Shown in pieces: positions 47,085 through 59,655 of a DNA stretch of 64,000 nt. The notes under the pieces are model-generated. The model was not told where the DNA came from, did no database searches, and saw nothing but the letters and a program-made list of their open reading frames with translations. Each line of letters starts with the position of its first letter. Within the stretch, counting starts at the first letter, position 1. Position numbers and translations under genes: made by a program. The stretch comes from Acidobacteriota bacterium (lineage in GTDB: Bacteria; Acidobacteriota; Vicinamibacteria; Vicinamibacterales; UBA2999). The DNA is taken from contig CANNDT010000004.1 of NCBI GenBank assembly GCA_947503365.1, forward strand, positions 14,375 through 78,374, written 5' to 3'.

Positions 47085-49580
47085 TTGTGGCTCGGCGTCA
47101 GGCTCGCCGCCGTCGGCGACCACTTCGTCTTGTTCCGCCAGGCGGGCGATCGACACGGCTCGATCGTCACCCTCGGTGTCAATGATCGTGACGCCCTGCG
47201 TGGCGCGGCCGATGGTCCGTACGTCCCGTGCCGCCATCCGCAGCGTCTTGCCCTGCTGCGAAATCACCATCAGCTCGTCGTCATCGGTCACCTGGAGCAC
47301 GCCAATCACCTTGCCGTTGCGCTCCGACGTCTGGATGTTGATGATGCCGGTGCCGCCACGCGACTGGACGCGGTACTCCTCGAGCTCCGTGCGCTTGCCG
47401 TATCCCTTTTCGGTGACGGCGAGGATGGTGCCGCCGGGAATCAACACCTCCATCCCGACCACCGCGTCGCCTTCGCGGAGCATGATGCCGCGGACACCGC
47501 CTGCGGTGCGGCCCATCGAACGCACGTCCGACTCGGGGAACCGGATCGACATGCCGTCGCGAGTGCCGATAAAGATCTCATGGGTGCCGTCGGAGATCTG
47601 CGTCGCGATGACCGCGTCTCCCTCTTCGACGTCCATGGCGATGATGCCGCCGACCCTCGGGTTGCTGAAGGCCGTCAACTCCATCTTCTTTACTTCGCCG
47701 CGCGTCGTGCCCATGACGATGAACCTGTTCTCCTCGAACTCCTTCACCGCGATCATCGCCGCAATGCGTTCGCCGTCCTGCATCGAAACCAGATTGGCGA
47801 TCGCCTTGCCCCGGCCGTCCGGCCCGACGTCAGGAATCTCGTAGACCTTCAGCCAGTAGGCGCGGCCGCGGTCCGAGAAGATCATGATGTACGCGTGCGT
47901 CGAGGCGACGAACAGGTGACTGACGAAGTCCTCGTCGCGCGTGCGCATGCCGATGCGCCCCTTGCCACCGCGGCGCTGGCTGCGGTAGCTGGTGATCGCG
48001 GTCCGTTTGATGTACCCGGTGTTGCTGACCGTGATCGCCATGTCTTCTTCGACGATCAGATCCTCCCGGCGGAACTCGCCCTCGTCCGGCAGGATTTCGG
48101 TACGTCGATCGTCGCCGTACTTGTCGCGGATACGCGTCAGCTCATCGATGATGATCTGCATCAGCAGCCGGCTGCTCGACAGGATGGCCAGCAGCCGCTC
48201 GATCACCTTGAGCAGCTCCGCGAGCTCGTCGAGGATCTTCTGCCGCTCGAGGCCTGTGAGGCGCTGCAGCTGCATGTCGAGGATCGCCTGCGCCTGGATC
48301 TGGCTGAGGCCGAACTGCGCCATCAGGCCATCACGCGCTTCTCCCGGATTCTTCGCCGCCCGGATCAGGGTGATCACCGCGTCGATGTGATCGAGCGCGA
48401 TCTTGAGCCCCTCGAGGATGTGGCGGCGCGCCTCGGCCTTGCGGAGCTCGAACTCGGTGCGGCGGCGAACCACCTCGCGCCGGAACTCGACGAAGTTGTC
48501 GATCAGCTCGACCAGCGACAGCACCTTCGGTTGCCCACCGACGATGGCGAGCATGATGATGCCGAAGCTGGTCTGCAGCTGCGTGTGCTTGTAGAGGTTG
48601 TTGAGGATGACCTCGCCGGCCTCGCCGCGCTTCAGGTCGATGACGATCCGCATGCCGTCACGGTCGGACTCGTCACGAAGATCGGAGATGCCCTCGAGCG
48701 TCTTTTCCCTCACCAGGTCGGCGATGTGCTCGATCAGCCGCTTCTTGTTGACCTGGTATGGGATCGCATTGACGACGATCGACTGCCGGTCGGCTTTCTT
48801 GGAGACCTCGATCTCCGCCCGCGCCCGCATCAGCACTGAGCCGCGTCCGGTGAGCAGAGCCTGGCGGATGCCGTGGCTGCCGACGATGTAACCGCCGGTG
48901 GGGAAGTCAGGGCCCTTGACGAACTCCAGCAGCTGCCGCTGCTTCTCCGCAAGCGTCGGCGGCACCTCGCCGAAGCCGCTCTCGATCGTCCAGATGGCGG
49001 CGTCGATCACCTCGCGCATGTTGTGCGGCGGGATATTGGTCGCCATGCCGACAGCAATGCCGGTGGATCCGTTGACGAGCAGATTCGGGAACGGCGCCGG
49101 GAGAACCGAGGGCTCCTCAGTGGTCTCGTCGTAGTTGGGGACGAAGTCGACGGTCTCTTTGTCGAGATCCGCCATCATCTCGTCGGCGAGCGCCTTCAGG
49201 CGGGCCTCGGTGTAGCGCATCGCCGCCGGCGGGTCGCCGTCGATGGAGCCGAAATTTCCCTGTCCGTCGGTCAACAGATAGCGCAGGTTGAAGTCCTGGG
49301 CCATGCGGACGAGCGTGTCGTAGATCGACGCATCGCCGTGGGGATGGAAGTTTCCCATCACCTCGCCGACGATCTTCGCGCACTTGCGGTAGCCGCGCGT
49401 CGACGACAGCCCCATGTTCTTCATGCCGTACAGCACGCGCCTGTGCGCCGGCTTGAGGCCGTCGCGGACGTCGGGGAGCGCTCGCCCGATGATTACGCTC
49501 ATCGCGTAATCCATGTACGAGCGCTTCATCTCGTCTTCGATGTTGACCGGTATGCGGTTCTGCGGCGTCGATGTGGTCAT
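47079..49580 (-). CDS. gyrA: DNA gyrase subunit A
   Basis: 833 aa. [10 protein letters not shown] (active-site Tyr region); C-terminal beta-pinwheel repeats. Confidence 0.97.
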   Translation of the reverse strand: MTTSTPQNRIPVNIEDEMKRSYMDYAMSVIIGRALPDVRDGLKPAHRRVLYGMKNMGLSSTRGYRKCAKIVGEVMGNFHPHGDASIYDTLVRMAQDFNLRYLLTDGQGNFGSIDGDPPAAMRYTEARLKALADEMMADLDKETVDFVPNYDETTEEPSVLPAPFPNLLVNGSTGIAVGMATNIPPHNMREVIDAAIWTIESGFGEVPPTLAEKQRQLLEFVKGPDFPTGGYIVGSHGIRQALLTGRGSVLMRARAEIEVSKKADRQSIVVNAIPYQVNKKRLIEHIADLVREKTLEGISDLRDESDRDGMRIVIDLKRGEAGEVILNNLYKHTQLQTSFGIIMLAIVGGQPKVLSLVELIDNFVEFRREVVRRRTEFELRKAEARRHILEGLKIALDHIDAVITLIRAAKNPGEARDGLMAQFGLSQIQAQAILDMQLQRLTGLERQKILDELAELLKVIERLLAILSSSRLLMQIIIDELTRIRDKYGDDRRTEILPDEGEFRREDLIVEEDMAITVSNTGYIKRTAITSYRSQRRGGKGRIGMRTRDEDFVSHLFVASTHAYIMIFSDRGRAYWLKVYEIPDVGPDGRGKAIANLVSMQDGERIAAMIAVKEFEENRFIVMGTTRGEVKKMELTAFSNPRVGGIIAMDVEEGDAVIATQISDGTHEIFIGTRDGMSIRFPESDVRSMGRTAGGVRGIMLREGDAVVGMEVLIPGGTILAVTEKGYGKRTELEEYRVQSRGGTGIINIQTSERNGKVIGVLQVTDDDELMVISQQGKTLRMAARDVRTIGRATQGVTIIDTEGDDRAVSIARLAEQDEVVADGGEPDAEPQP

Positions 49581-49587
49581 GAGTTAC

Positions 49588-49611
49588 GAGCCGGCTCAAG
49601 CCGGCCCCTAC
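49588..49611 (-). repeat. solo REP-like unit (minus strand GTAG-GGGCCGGC-TTGA-GCCGGCTC)
   Basis: It lies between the gyrB stop and the gyrA start. 26 of 28 positions are identical to the left half of the mnmE copy. Confidence 0.55.
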
Positions 49612-49622
49612 GTACCGTTGGT

Positions 49623-53388
<3,766 letters not shown>

Positions 53389-53677
53389 AGGCGTGCGATG
53401 ACCTCGGCGCGGATCGGGTGTCCGCTGTAAGAGAAGGGTCTCTACTGGGTTTGTTCTTCTCTTAAAGAGAGGATCTAGAAGAGATAAGGAATTATAGAGA
53501 ATATAAGGTGCTGTGTAAAACCCTAAATGCGGCGATAAGCCTTTACATTTCAACGATTTGCGGTGTGGATATTTCTGTGCGATCGACCGTCGCACACGGT
53601 GCGCGATCTGTGGGGAAATGGGACATCCCTAAACGTGCACAGCCGGCGTTGATGAGGGGCTGTGGACGCCTTCGGAT
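53389..53677. other. candidate oriC (AT-rich unwinding region plus DnaA-box-like 9-mers)
   Basis: 53461-53520 hand-counts at 19/60 G+C. TGTGGATAT (53564-53572) matches the TGTGGATAA consensus at 8/9. Weaker boxes: TGTGGGGAA (53609-53617) and TGTGGACGC (53661-53669). Confidence 0.6.
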
Positions 53678-55018
53678 TCAGCGGATTGATTCCAGAAAAC
53701 TACTCATCAGGCTGTTGAAATCTGTGTCGGTCCGGCGCATTTGTTGGACCTTCTTGATGGAGTGGATCACCGTCGAATGGTGCTTGCCACCAAAGCTTCG
53801 GCCGATTTCCGGAAGCGAGGCATGCGTCAGGTTCTTACACAGATACATCGCGATCTGCCTCGGCATCGCGACTGACTTCGAGTTGTTGCGCGACTTTAAC
53901 TCGGCAATCTTCAACTGGTAGTACTCCGAGACGAACTTCTGGATGGTCTCGATCGTGATGGCTTTCTCGTCCTGGTCCATCACGTTTCTCAGCACTTCCT
54001 GCGTCAGGTCCATGGTGATCTCACGCCCGGTGAGCGAGGCGTAGGCAATCAGCCTGATCAGGGATCCTTCGAGCTCGCGAATGTTCGACTTGACCCGCCC
54101 AGCCATGTACATCGCCACGTTGTCAGGGAGCGGGACCGCTTCGGTCTCGGCCTTGCGCTTCAGAATGGCGACCTTGGTTTCGATGTCCGGCGACTGAATG
54201 TCGGCGATCAGGCCCCATTCGAATCGTGATCGGAGCCGCTCCTCGAGGTTGGGAATCTCGTGCGGCGGATGATCGCTGCTGATGACGATCTGCTTCTGCG
54301 CGTCGTAGAGCGCATTAAACGTGTGGAAGAACTCGGTCTGCGTGCCTTCCTTACCAGAGACAAACTGAATGTCGTCCACCAGTAGGATGTCGACGCTTCG
54401 GTAGCGCTCCCGGAAGTCCAGGATACGGTCGTAGCGAAGGGCGTTAATCATCTCGTTCATGAAGCGCTCGGACGAGATGTAGGTGAGTTTCAACCCCGGA
54501 TCGTGCTCGAGGACGTACTGCCCGATCGCGTGCATCAGATGCGTCTTGCCCAGACCCACTCCACCATAGATGAACAACGGGTTGTACGAGCGCGAGGGCG
54601 CTTCGGCAACCGCGCGGCAGGCGGCGTGGGCAAACTGGTTGGACGAGCCGACGATGAAGGTATCGAAGGTGTAGCGGAGGTTGAGCCCGCCCTGCGCCGT
54701 GGCCGGGTCGGCTTCGGTCACCACGCTGTGAAAAGGCGGTGCGACCGGCATATCCACGGGGGGAGCAAGCGCCGGTGAACCATCAGCCAGGAAGACCAGC
54801 GTCGCGTCAGGGCGCCTTACCTCAGCAAGGGCCTCCGACAGGACCACCGAGTAGTGTTTCGTCAGCCAGTCCTTGAAGAGTACGTTCGGCACGCGGACAG
54901 AGATCGACTGGCCCCCGTCGGCGACAAACGACGTCGGCTTGAACCACGTGTAGAAACTGTGACGATTTACTTTGGTTTCGATCCGGGTGAGGATTTGGTC
55001 CCAGATGCTGGCGTCCAT
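53678..55018 (-). CDS. dnaA: chromosomal replication initiator protein DnaA
   Basis: 446 aa. GGVGLGKTHLMHAIG (Walker A), LLVDDIQF, C-terminal HSTVIHSIKKV DNA-binding helix. Confidence 0.97.
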   Translation of the reverse strand: MDASIWDQILTRIETKVNRHSFYTWFKPTSFVADGGQSISVRVPNVLFKDWLTKHYSVVLSEALAEVRRPDATLVFLADGSPALAPPVDMPVAPPFHSVVTEADPATAQGGLNLRYTFDTFIVGSSNQFAHAACRAVAEAPSRSYNPLFIYGGVGLGKTHLMHAIGQYVLEHDPGLKLTYISSERFMNEMINALRYDRILDFRERYRSVDILLVDDIQFVSGKEGTQTEFFHTFNALYDAQKQIVISSDHPPHEIPNLEERLRSRFEWGLIADIQSPDIETKVAILKRKAETEAVPLPDNVAMYMAGRVKSNIRELEGSLIRLIAYASLTGREITMDLTQEVLRNVMDQDEKAITIETIQKFVSEYYQLKIAELKSRNNSKSVAMPRQIAMYLCKNLTHASLPEIGRSFGGKHHSTVIHSIKKVQQMRRTDTDFNSLMSSFLESIR

Positions 55019-55052
55019 ACGTTAAGAACCCTAAACAAACCAAGCCTCCCCG

Positions 55053-55117
55053 TTTTCCACAGTTTTTTCAACAGTTGTGGAAATCTTGGGCGAGGAACCG
55101 AATCTGACGCAGGATAA
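55053..55117. promoter_or_regulatory. DnaA-box-like sites upstream of dnaA (inverted pair plus one)
   Basis: TTTTCCACA (55053-55061) and TGTGGAAAT (55076-55084) face each other 14 nt apart. GCAGGATAA (55109-55117) is the reverse complement of TTATCCTGC. Confidence 0.5.
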
Positions 55118-55174
55118 CGTCTGGGGCCGGGGATCGCGACTCTAGCACAAACCAAATTCGCCGATCCGCTTTCG

Positions 55175-55204
55175 TTGACACATTTCTGGGCCCCAGACTA
55201 GTAT
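55175..55204 (+). promoter_or_regulatory. sigma-70-like promoter candidate for the rpmH operon
   Basis: TTGACA (55175-55180), 18-nt spacer, TAGTAT (55199-55204). It lies about 80 nt upstream of the rpmH ATG. Confidence 0.5.
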
Positions 55205-55284
55205 TGGTAGTTCCGCCTGTCGCAGGGGCGGCCAACCACCGGCGGGTCCAAAGTTCAAGACCCGGCGCTCACGTCAGGGAAAGC

Positions 55285-55449
55285 ATGGCCAGGTCGAAAA
55301 AGGGCAAGCGCACATTTCAACCCAACACCCGCCGCCGCGCCAAGACGCACGGCTTCAGGGTACGGATGTCTACCAAGAACGGCCGCATCGTGCTTGCGCG
55401 GCGCCGAGCTCGTGGACGTAAGAAGCTGACGGTCGCAGACGAAGGATAA
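55285..55449 (+). CDS. rpmH: 50S ribosomal protein L34
   Basis: [43 protein letters not shown]. Confidence 0.9.
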   Translation: MARSKKGKRTFQPNTRRRAKTHGFRVRMSTKNGRIVLARRRARGRKKLTVADEG

Positions 55450-55458
55450 GTATCTGTA

Positions 55459-55857
55459 ATGCAAGCCTTTAGGCTTGCCGAGCGGGTTCGGGTCAGGCGT
55501 GAGTTCGAGCGCGGCTATAACCAGGGCGCGCGGATTCACGGCCGGTTCATGACCCTCTTCGTGGTGCCCAATGGCGGCACCAGCCCACGCATGGGTGTCT
55601 CCGCGACCAGGAAACTCGGGTCGGCCGTCGAACGAAATCACGCGAAGCGCCTGGCGCGCGAGTTGTTCAGGCGCCGTAAGGTCACTGCCGGCGTCGATAT
55701 CATCATCGTGCCGCGCCGGGAAATGCTCGATGCACCCTTCTCCACCCTCGAAGCCGACTACCACGCCACCCTCGATCGCCGCGATCGCGTCCGTCCGGGC
55801 AGCGGGCCACGCCCGCCCAGCGGTAAGCCTCGTACTGGCGGCCGTTCGCGCGTATAA
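55459..55857 (+). CDS. rnpA: ribonuclease P protein component
   Basis: 132 aa, basic. FRLAERVRVRREFE...ATRKLGSAVERNHAKRLARE is typical of RnpA and follows rpmH. Confidence 0.85.
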   Translation: MQAFRLAERVRVRREFERGYNQGARIHGRFMTLFVVPNGGTSPRMGVSATRKLGSAVERNHAKRLARELFRRRKVTAGVDIIIVPRREMLDAPFSTLEADYHATLDRRDRVRPGSGPRPPSGKPRTGGRSRV

Positions 55858-56032
55858 GATCCTTATTTCTCCATTATTTACAGGCTGTTGCCGATTTCAG
55901 CCGTCGTGTGCGGACTACATGGCGGAAGCGGTCAGCCTTCATGGCGTGTTGAAAGGCGTGTGGCTCGGCCTGCTTCGCCTCGCACGCTGCCAACCCTTTG
56001 GTCGCCACGGGTTCGATCCCGTCCCGCAGTAG
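55730..56032 (+). CDS. yidD: membrane protein insertion efficiency factor YidD
   Basis: AVRAYKILISPLFTGCCRFQPSCADYMAEAVSLHG is the YidD signature. Start uncertain: ATG 55730 is the only canonical start upstream of the domain, and it overlaps rnpA in another frame. Confidence 0.65.
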   Translation: MHPSPPSKPTTTPPSIAAIASVRAAGHARPAVSLVLAAVRAYKILISPLFTGCCRFQPSCADYMAEAVSLHGVLKGVWLGLLRLARCQPFGRHGFDPVPQ

Positions 56033-56039
56033 CCCCTTC

Positions 56040-57785
56040 ATGGAACGCAGGACCCTCATCGCGGTTTTTCTGTCTTTCCTGGTCTTGTACGCCTACCAGG
56101 CTTTTTTCGCGCCACCACCGCCCCCTCCGGCCGCGACTGCGACAACAGCGCCGGCCGCGGCGCCGACGACAGCAACCGCTGTGGCTGCGCCCGCGGCTGC
56201 GGTGCCCTTGGCGGCTGCGGCTGCCCCTGCCGCCGTTGAGCCGGCGGCTGTCACCGGCGACACAACCGAGCGCGAGATTGTCGTCGACACCGCATCGGTC
56301 CAGGTGGTGCTTTCCAACCGCGGCGCGCGGGTGATCCACTGGCGGCTGAAGGCGCACCTCGATACGGCCGGGCAGCCGGTCGACCTGGTGCCGTCGGACG
56401 TGCCGGCGAATCAGCCCTCGCCCTTCGCCTTGCGCGTGGACGACGAGGAGTTGACGCGCCGGATCGGCGCGGCGCTCTATCGGGTCAGCGGCGACACCGG
56501 CGGGCGAGTTGACGCGACCACGAATGCGGCGACGGTCGTGTTCGAGTTCGAGGACGCGGCGGGCGTGCGCGTGCGGAAGGAGTTCCGCTTCGACCCAGCC
56601 AACTACATCGTGGCATTCACGGCGTCGGTCGTAAACGGGGGCACGACGCTGAATCCCACCGTGCTCTGGGGCCCGGGCCTTGGCGACGCCGGTGCATCGG
56701 CTGGCGGAGGCAGTTTCTTCACCGGTAACGCCGTCCAGCCGCCGGAAGCCATCTACGAGGTTGGCACCGACGTCTCGCGCGTCGCGGCCGGCGACTTTGC
56801 GGAACAGCCGCAGCAGAACGGCAAGTTCCGTTTCATCGGCATCGACGATCACTATTTCCTCGCGGCGGCGCTGAACCCGGGGCAGACTCGCGCGGAGTTC
56901 CGATCCCTGACGCTGCCAGGCCCCGGTGATACCCAGCGCCTGTACGTCACGCAGGAGCTGCGTTTCGCACAGCCGCCGCAGAACGTCCGCTTCTTTGTCG
57001 GCCCGAAGCAATTCGATCTGCTCCAGTCCATCGACACCGAGCTGGTCAAGTCGATCAACTTCGGCATCTTCGCGTGGCTGGTGCTGCCGCTGCTCAGCGC
57101 CCTGAAGTGGATCTACAGCTACGTCGGCAACTACGGCTGGTCGATCATCTGGCTGACCATTCTCATCAACCTCGTCATGTTCCCGCTGCGCCACAAGACG
57201 GTGGTGTCGATGCGGAAGATGCAGGCACTGCAGCCGCAGATGAAGGCGATCCAGGATCGCTACAAAGATCTAAAGGTCACCGACCCGGCCAAGCAGAAGA
57301 TGAACACGGAGGTCATGAACCTCTATCGCGAGAAAGGCGTGAACCCGGCGAGCGGCTGCGTGCCGATGCTGCTCACCATGCCGGTGCTGTTTGCGTTCTA
57401 CTCGCTGTTGTCACAGGCGATCGAACTGCGAGGCGCGCCGTTTACGGGCTGGATTCACGACCTCTCGCAGTTCGACCCCTACTACGTGACCCCGCTCCTG
57501 ATGGGCGCCTCGATGTTCTGGCAGCAGAAGATCACGCCGACGACCGCCGATCCGGCCCAGGCCAAAGTGATGATGATCATGCCGGTGGTCTTCACCTTCA
57601 TGTTCATCAAGTTCCCGAGCGGCCTGGCCATCTACTATTTCGTGAGCAACCTCTGGACGATCGGCCAGCAGTACTTCACGAACTGGCTGATTGGTCCGGC
57701 CGTGGCGCCGGCGCCGCGGCCGCCGGCAGAGCGCAAACTGAAGAACGCCGGCGCCGGCAAGACGAGCGCCGCCGACAAGACGTAA
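56040..57785 (+). CDS. yidC: membrane protein insertase YidC
   Basis: Start at ATG 56040 (MERRTLIAVFLSFLVLYAY). Large periplasmic domain, then NYGWSIIWLTILINLVMFPL, MQALQPQMKAIQDRYK and GCVPMLLTMPVLFAFY. Confidence 0.9.
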   Translation: MERRTLIAVFLSFLVLYAYQAFFAPPPPPPAATATTAPAAAPTTATAVAAPAAAVPLAAAAAPAAVEPAAVTGDTTEREIVVDTASVQVVLSNRGARVIHWRLKAHLDTAGQPVDLVPSDVPANQPSPFALRVDDEELTRRIGAALYRVSGDTGGRVDATTNAATVVFEFEDAAGVRVRKEFRFDPANYIVAFTASVVNGGTTLNPTVLWGPGLGDAGASAGGGSFFTGNAVQPPEAIYEVGTDVSRVAAGDFAEQPQQNGKFRFIGIDDHYFLAAALNPGQTRAEFRSLTLPGPGDTQRLYVTQELRFAQPPQNVRFFVGPKQFDLLQSIDTELVKSINFGIFAWLVLPLLSALKWIYSYVGNYGWSIIWLTILINLVMFPLRHKTVVSMRKMQALQPQMKAIQDRYKDLKVTDPAKQKMNTEVMNLYREKGVNPASGCVPMLLTMPVLFAFYSLLSQAIELRGAPFTGWIHDLSQFDPYYVTPLLMGASMFWQQKITPTTADPAQAKVMMIMPVVFTFMFIKFPSGLAIYYFVSNLWTIGQQYFTNWLIGPAVAPAPRPPAERKLKNAGAGKTSAADKT

Positions 57786-57794
57786 CGGAGAAGC

Positions 57795-58250
57795 GTGGAC
57801 GCAACCCTCACTCACCAGATCACGACGTTCGTGCAGAATGTGGCGAGCGCCATGGGCGCCAGCCTGACGACGACGGTCGAGGAAACACCCGACGGCACGC
57901 GCATTAACCTCGAAGGGGAGGATGGCGGCATCCTTGTGCGGCGCGACGGCGAGGGCCTGCAGGCGCTTCAACACGTCGTCGCCACCGCCTTTCGTCGCCA
58001 GCTGGGCGACGACACGCGCATCGTCATCGACTGCAACGGATTCCGGCGTGACAAGGACGCCGAGCTGAAGCAGATGGCCCAGTACAACGCCGGGATCGCA
58101 AAGCGCGACGGCATCCCGCAGGAAATGGGGCCGCTCAATCCTTACGAACGGCGCATTGTGCACCTGGCGATCGCGGAGGATCCGGCGGTCAGCTCACAGA
58201 GCATCGGCGATGCGTTCATGAAGACGGTCATCATCTCTTCGAAGCGGTAA
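57795..58250 (+). CDS. jag: Jag/KhpB-like RNA-binding protein (KH + R3H)
   Basis: R3H segment LNPYERRIVHLAIAEDPAVSSQSIGD. Conserved position after yidC. Confidence 0.8.
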   Translation: MDATLTHQITTFVQNVASAMGASLTTTVEETPDGTRINLEGEDGGILVRRDGEGLQALQHVVATAFRRQLGDDTRIVIDCNGFRRDKDAELKQMAQYNAGIAKRDGIPQEMGPLNPYERRIVHLAIAEDPAVSSQSIGDAFMKTVIISSKR

Positions 58251-58260
58251 TCTTTGGTGA

Positions 58261-59643
58261 GTGGCGTTTGCAACTGACGACTCCATCGTTGCGATAGCCA
58301 CACCATCCGGCCGCGGCGGGATCGGCGTGGTGCGGATCAGCGGTCCCAACGCGCTCACCATCGCCCGGCAGATCCTCGATCACAAGAGCTCGCTGACGCC
58401 GCGCTATGCGACCGTGACTCGCGTGACGAGTGGGACGGCGCAGGACGAGGTGGTCGCCACCTACTTCAAATCTCCGCACTCCTACACGGGAGAACACGTG
58501 GTCGAAATCAGCGCGCACGGTAGCCCCGTCGTGCTGCGCGGGATCGTCCGCGCCGCAATGGATGCGGGCGCCCGGCTCGCCGAGCCCGGAGAGTTCACGC
58601 TGCGCGCGTTCCTGAACGGCAAACGCGATCTGGTGCAGGCCGAGGCGGTCGGCGATCTGATTGCCGCGGCGACGCCGCTCCAGGCGAGGATCGCATTCGA
58701 CCAGCTTGAAGGCACGCTGACAAAGCAGATTCGGGAGATCGATGGCCCGCTGTTCGAGCTGATCGCGAGGCTCGAAGCGTCGCTTGATTTTGCCGACGAG
58801 GGCTATCACTTCGTGGCGCCTCAAGAGGCCGTTGCGACGTTGCGCACCGCGATCGCTCGGCTCGATGACCTGCTGGCGGACGCGGGCCGTGGCCGCATGA
58901 TCCGGGACGGCGCCACCCTGGTGATAGCCGGGCGAGTAAACGTAGGCAAGTCAAGCATTTTCAATAAGTTAGCAGGTTCAGAGCGAGCCATAGTCACGGC
59001 GATTCCTGGCACCACGCGTGACCTCGTTACTGAGGCGATCGACATCGAGGGCCTCGCAGTGTCGGTGGTCGACACCGCCGGATGGAGAGACACCCGGGAT
59101 GTCGTCGAGCGCGAAGGCGTGGCGCGCGGCCAGCAGGCGCGGGCCGTCGCCGGCCTGGTCCTCATCGTGCTCGATCGCAGCGAACCGCTCACCGAGGACG
59201 ATCGTCGACTGCTCGAGCAGACGGCGGGACAGCGGCGCATTGTCGTTCTCAACAAGTGCGATCTGGAGCCAGCCCCGGGCCGGCTCAAGCCGGCCCCCAC
59301 GTACGTAGAGGCCGACTTCAGTCGGCCTGAGGCGATCGAAGTCTCCGCTGTCACCGGCGCCGGGATCGATGAGCTCCGTCGCGCCATTGCATCGGCGTTG
59401 ACCGGATCCGAGGTCCTGCGTGACACCGCGGCGATTTCCAACGTGCGGCACATCAAGCTGCTCGAGGATGCGCGTGAACACCTGACGCGCGCGCACAGCG
59501 CGGCGGAAGCCGGCGACACGCCAGAGGAGTTTCTCCTGACCGATCTCCAGGCAGCGCGTACGAGCTTCGACGAAGTGGTCGGCGTGCGTACGAGCGAGGA
59601 TGTGCTGTCGCACATCTTCGCGACCTTCTGTATCGGAAAGTAG
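58261..59643 (+). CDS. mnmE: tRNA modification GTPase MnmE
   Basis: G1 GRVNVGKSSIFNKL, G3 DTAGWRD, G4 LNKCD, C-terminal CIGK. GTG start. Confidence 0.95.
   Translation: MAFATDDSIVAIATPSGRGGIGVVRISGPNALTIARQILDHKSSLTPRYATVTRVTSGTAQDEVVATYFKSPHSYTGEHVVEISAHGSPVVLRGIVRAAMDAGARLAEPGEFTLRAFLNGKRDLVQAEAVGDLIAAATPLQARIAFDQLEGTLTKQIREIDGPLFELIARLEASLDFADEGYHFVAPQEAVATLRTAIARLDDLLADAGRGRMIRDGATLVIAGRVNVGKSSIFNKLAGSERAIVTAIPGTTRDLVTEAIDIEGLAVSVVDTAGWRDTRDVVEREGVARGQQARAVAGLVLIVLDRSEPLTEDDRRLLEQTAGQRRIVVLNKCDLEPAPGRLKPAPTYVEADFSRPEAIEVSAVTGAGIDELRRAIASALTGSEVLRDTAAISNVRHIKLLEDAREHLTRAHSAAEAGDTPEEFLLTDLQAARTSFDEVVGVRTSEDVLSHIFATFCIGK
59277..59328. repeat. REP/REPIN-like doublet inside the mnmE ORF
   Basis: GGGCCGGC-TCAA-GCCGGCCC CCACGTACGTAG AGGCCGAC-TTCA-GTCGGCCT. 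27 of 28 positions match 44683-44710 and 26 of 28 match 49588-49615. Confidence 0.65.
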
Positions 59644-59655
59644 CGGGAAGCAGCG

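Noticed and set aside
47013-48839. 608-aa plus-strand ORF, and similar long ORFs at 1029..2399, 26085..27452, 31595..33202, 42724..44535, 44565..45920, 48873..50108, 55932..57194 and 58978..60168.
   Set aside because: All are antisense to well-supported conserved genes (gyrA, M61 peptidase, actF, actB, glmS, pcrA, yidC, mnmE/mnmG). Their translations are R/A/G/P/D-rich low-complexity strings typical of stop-poor shadow frames in GC-rich DNA.
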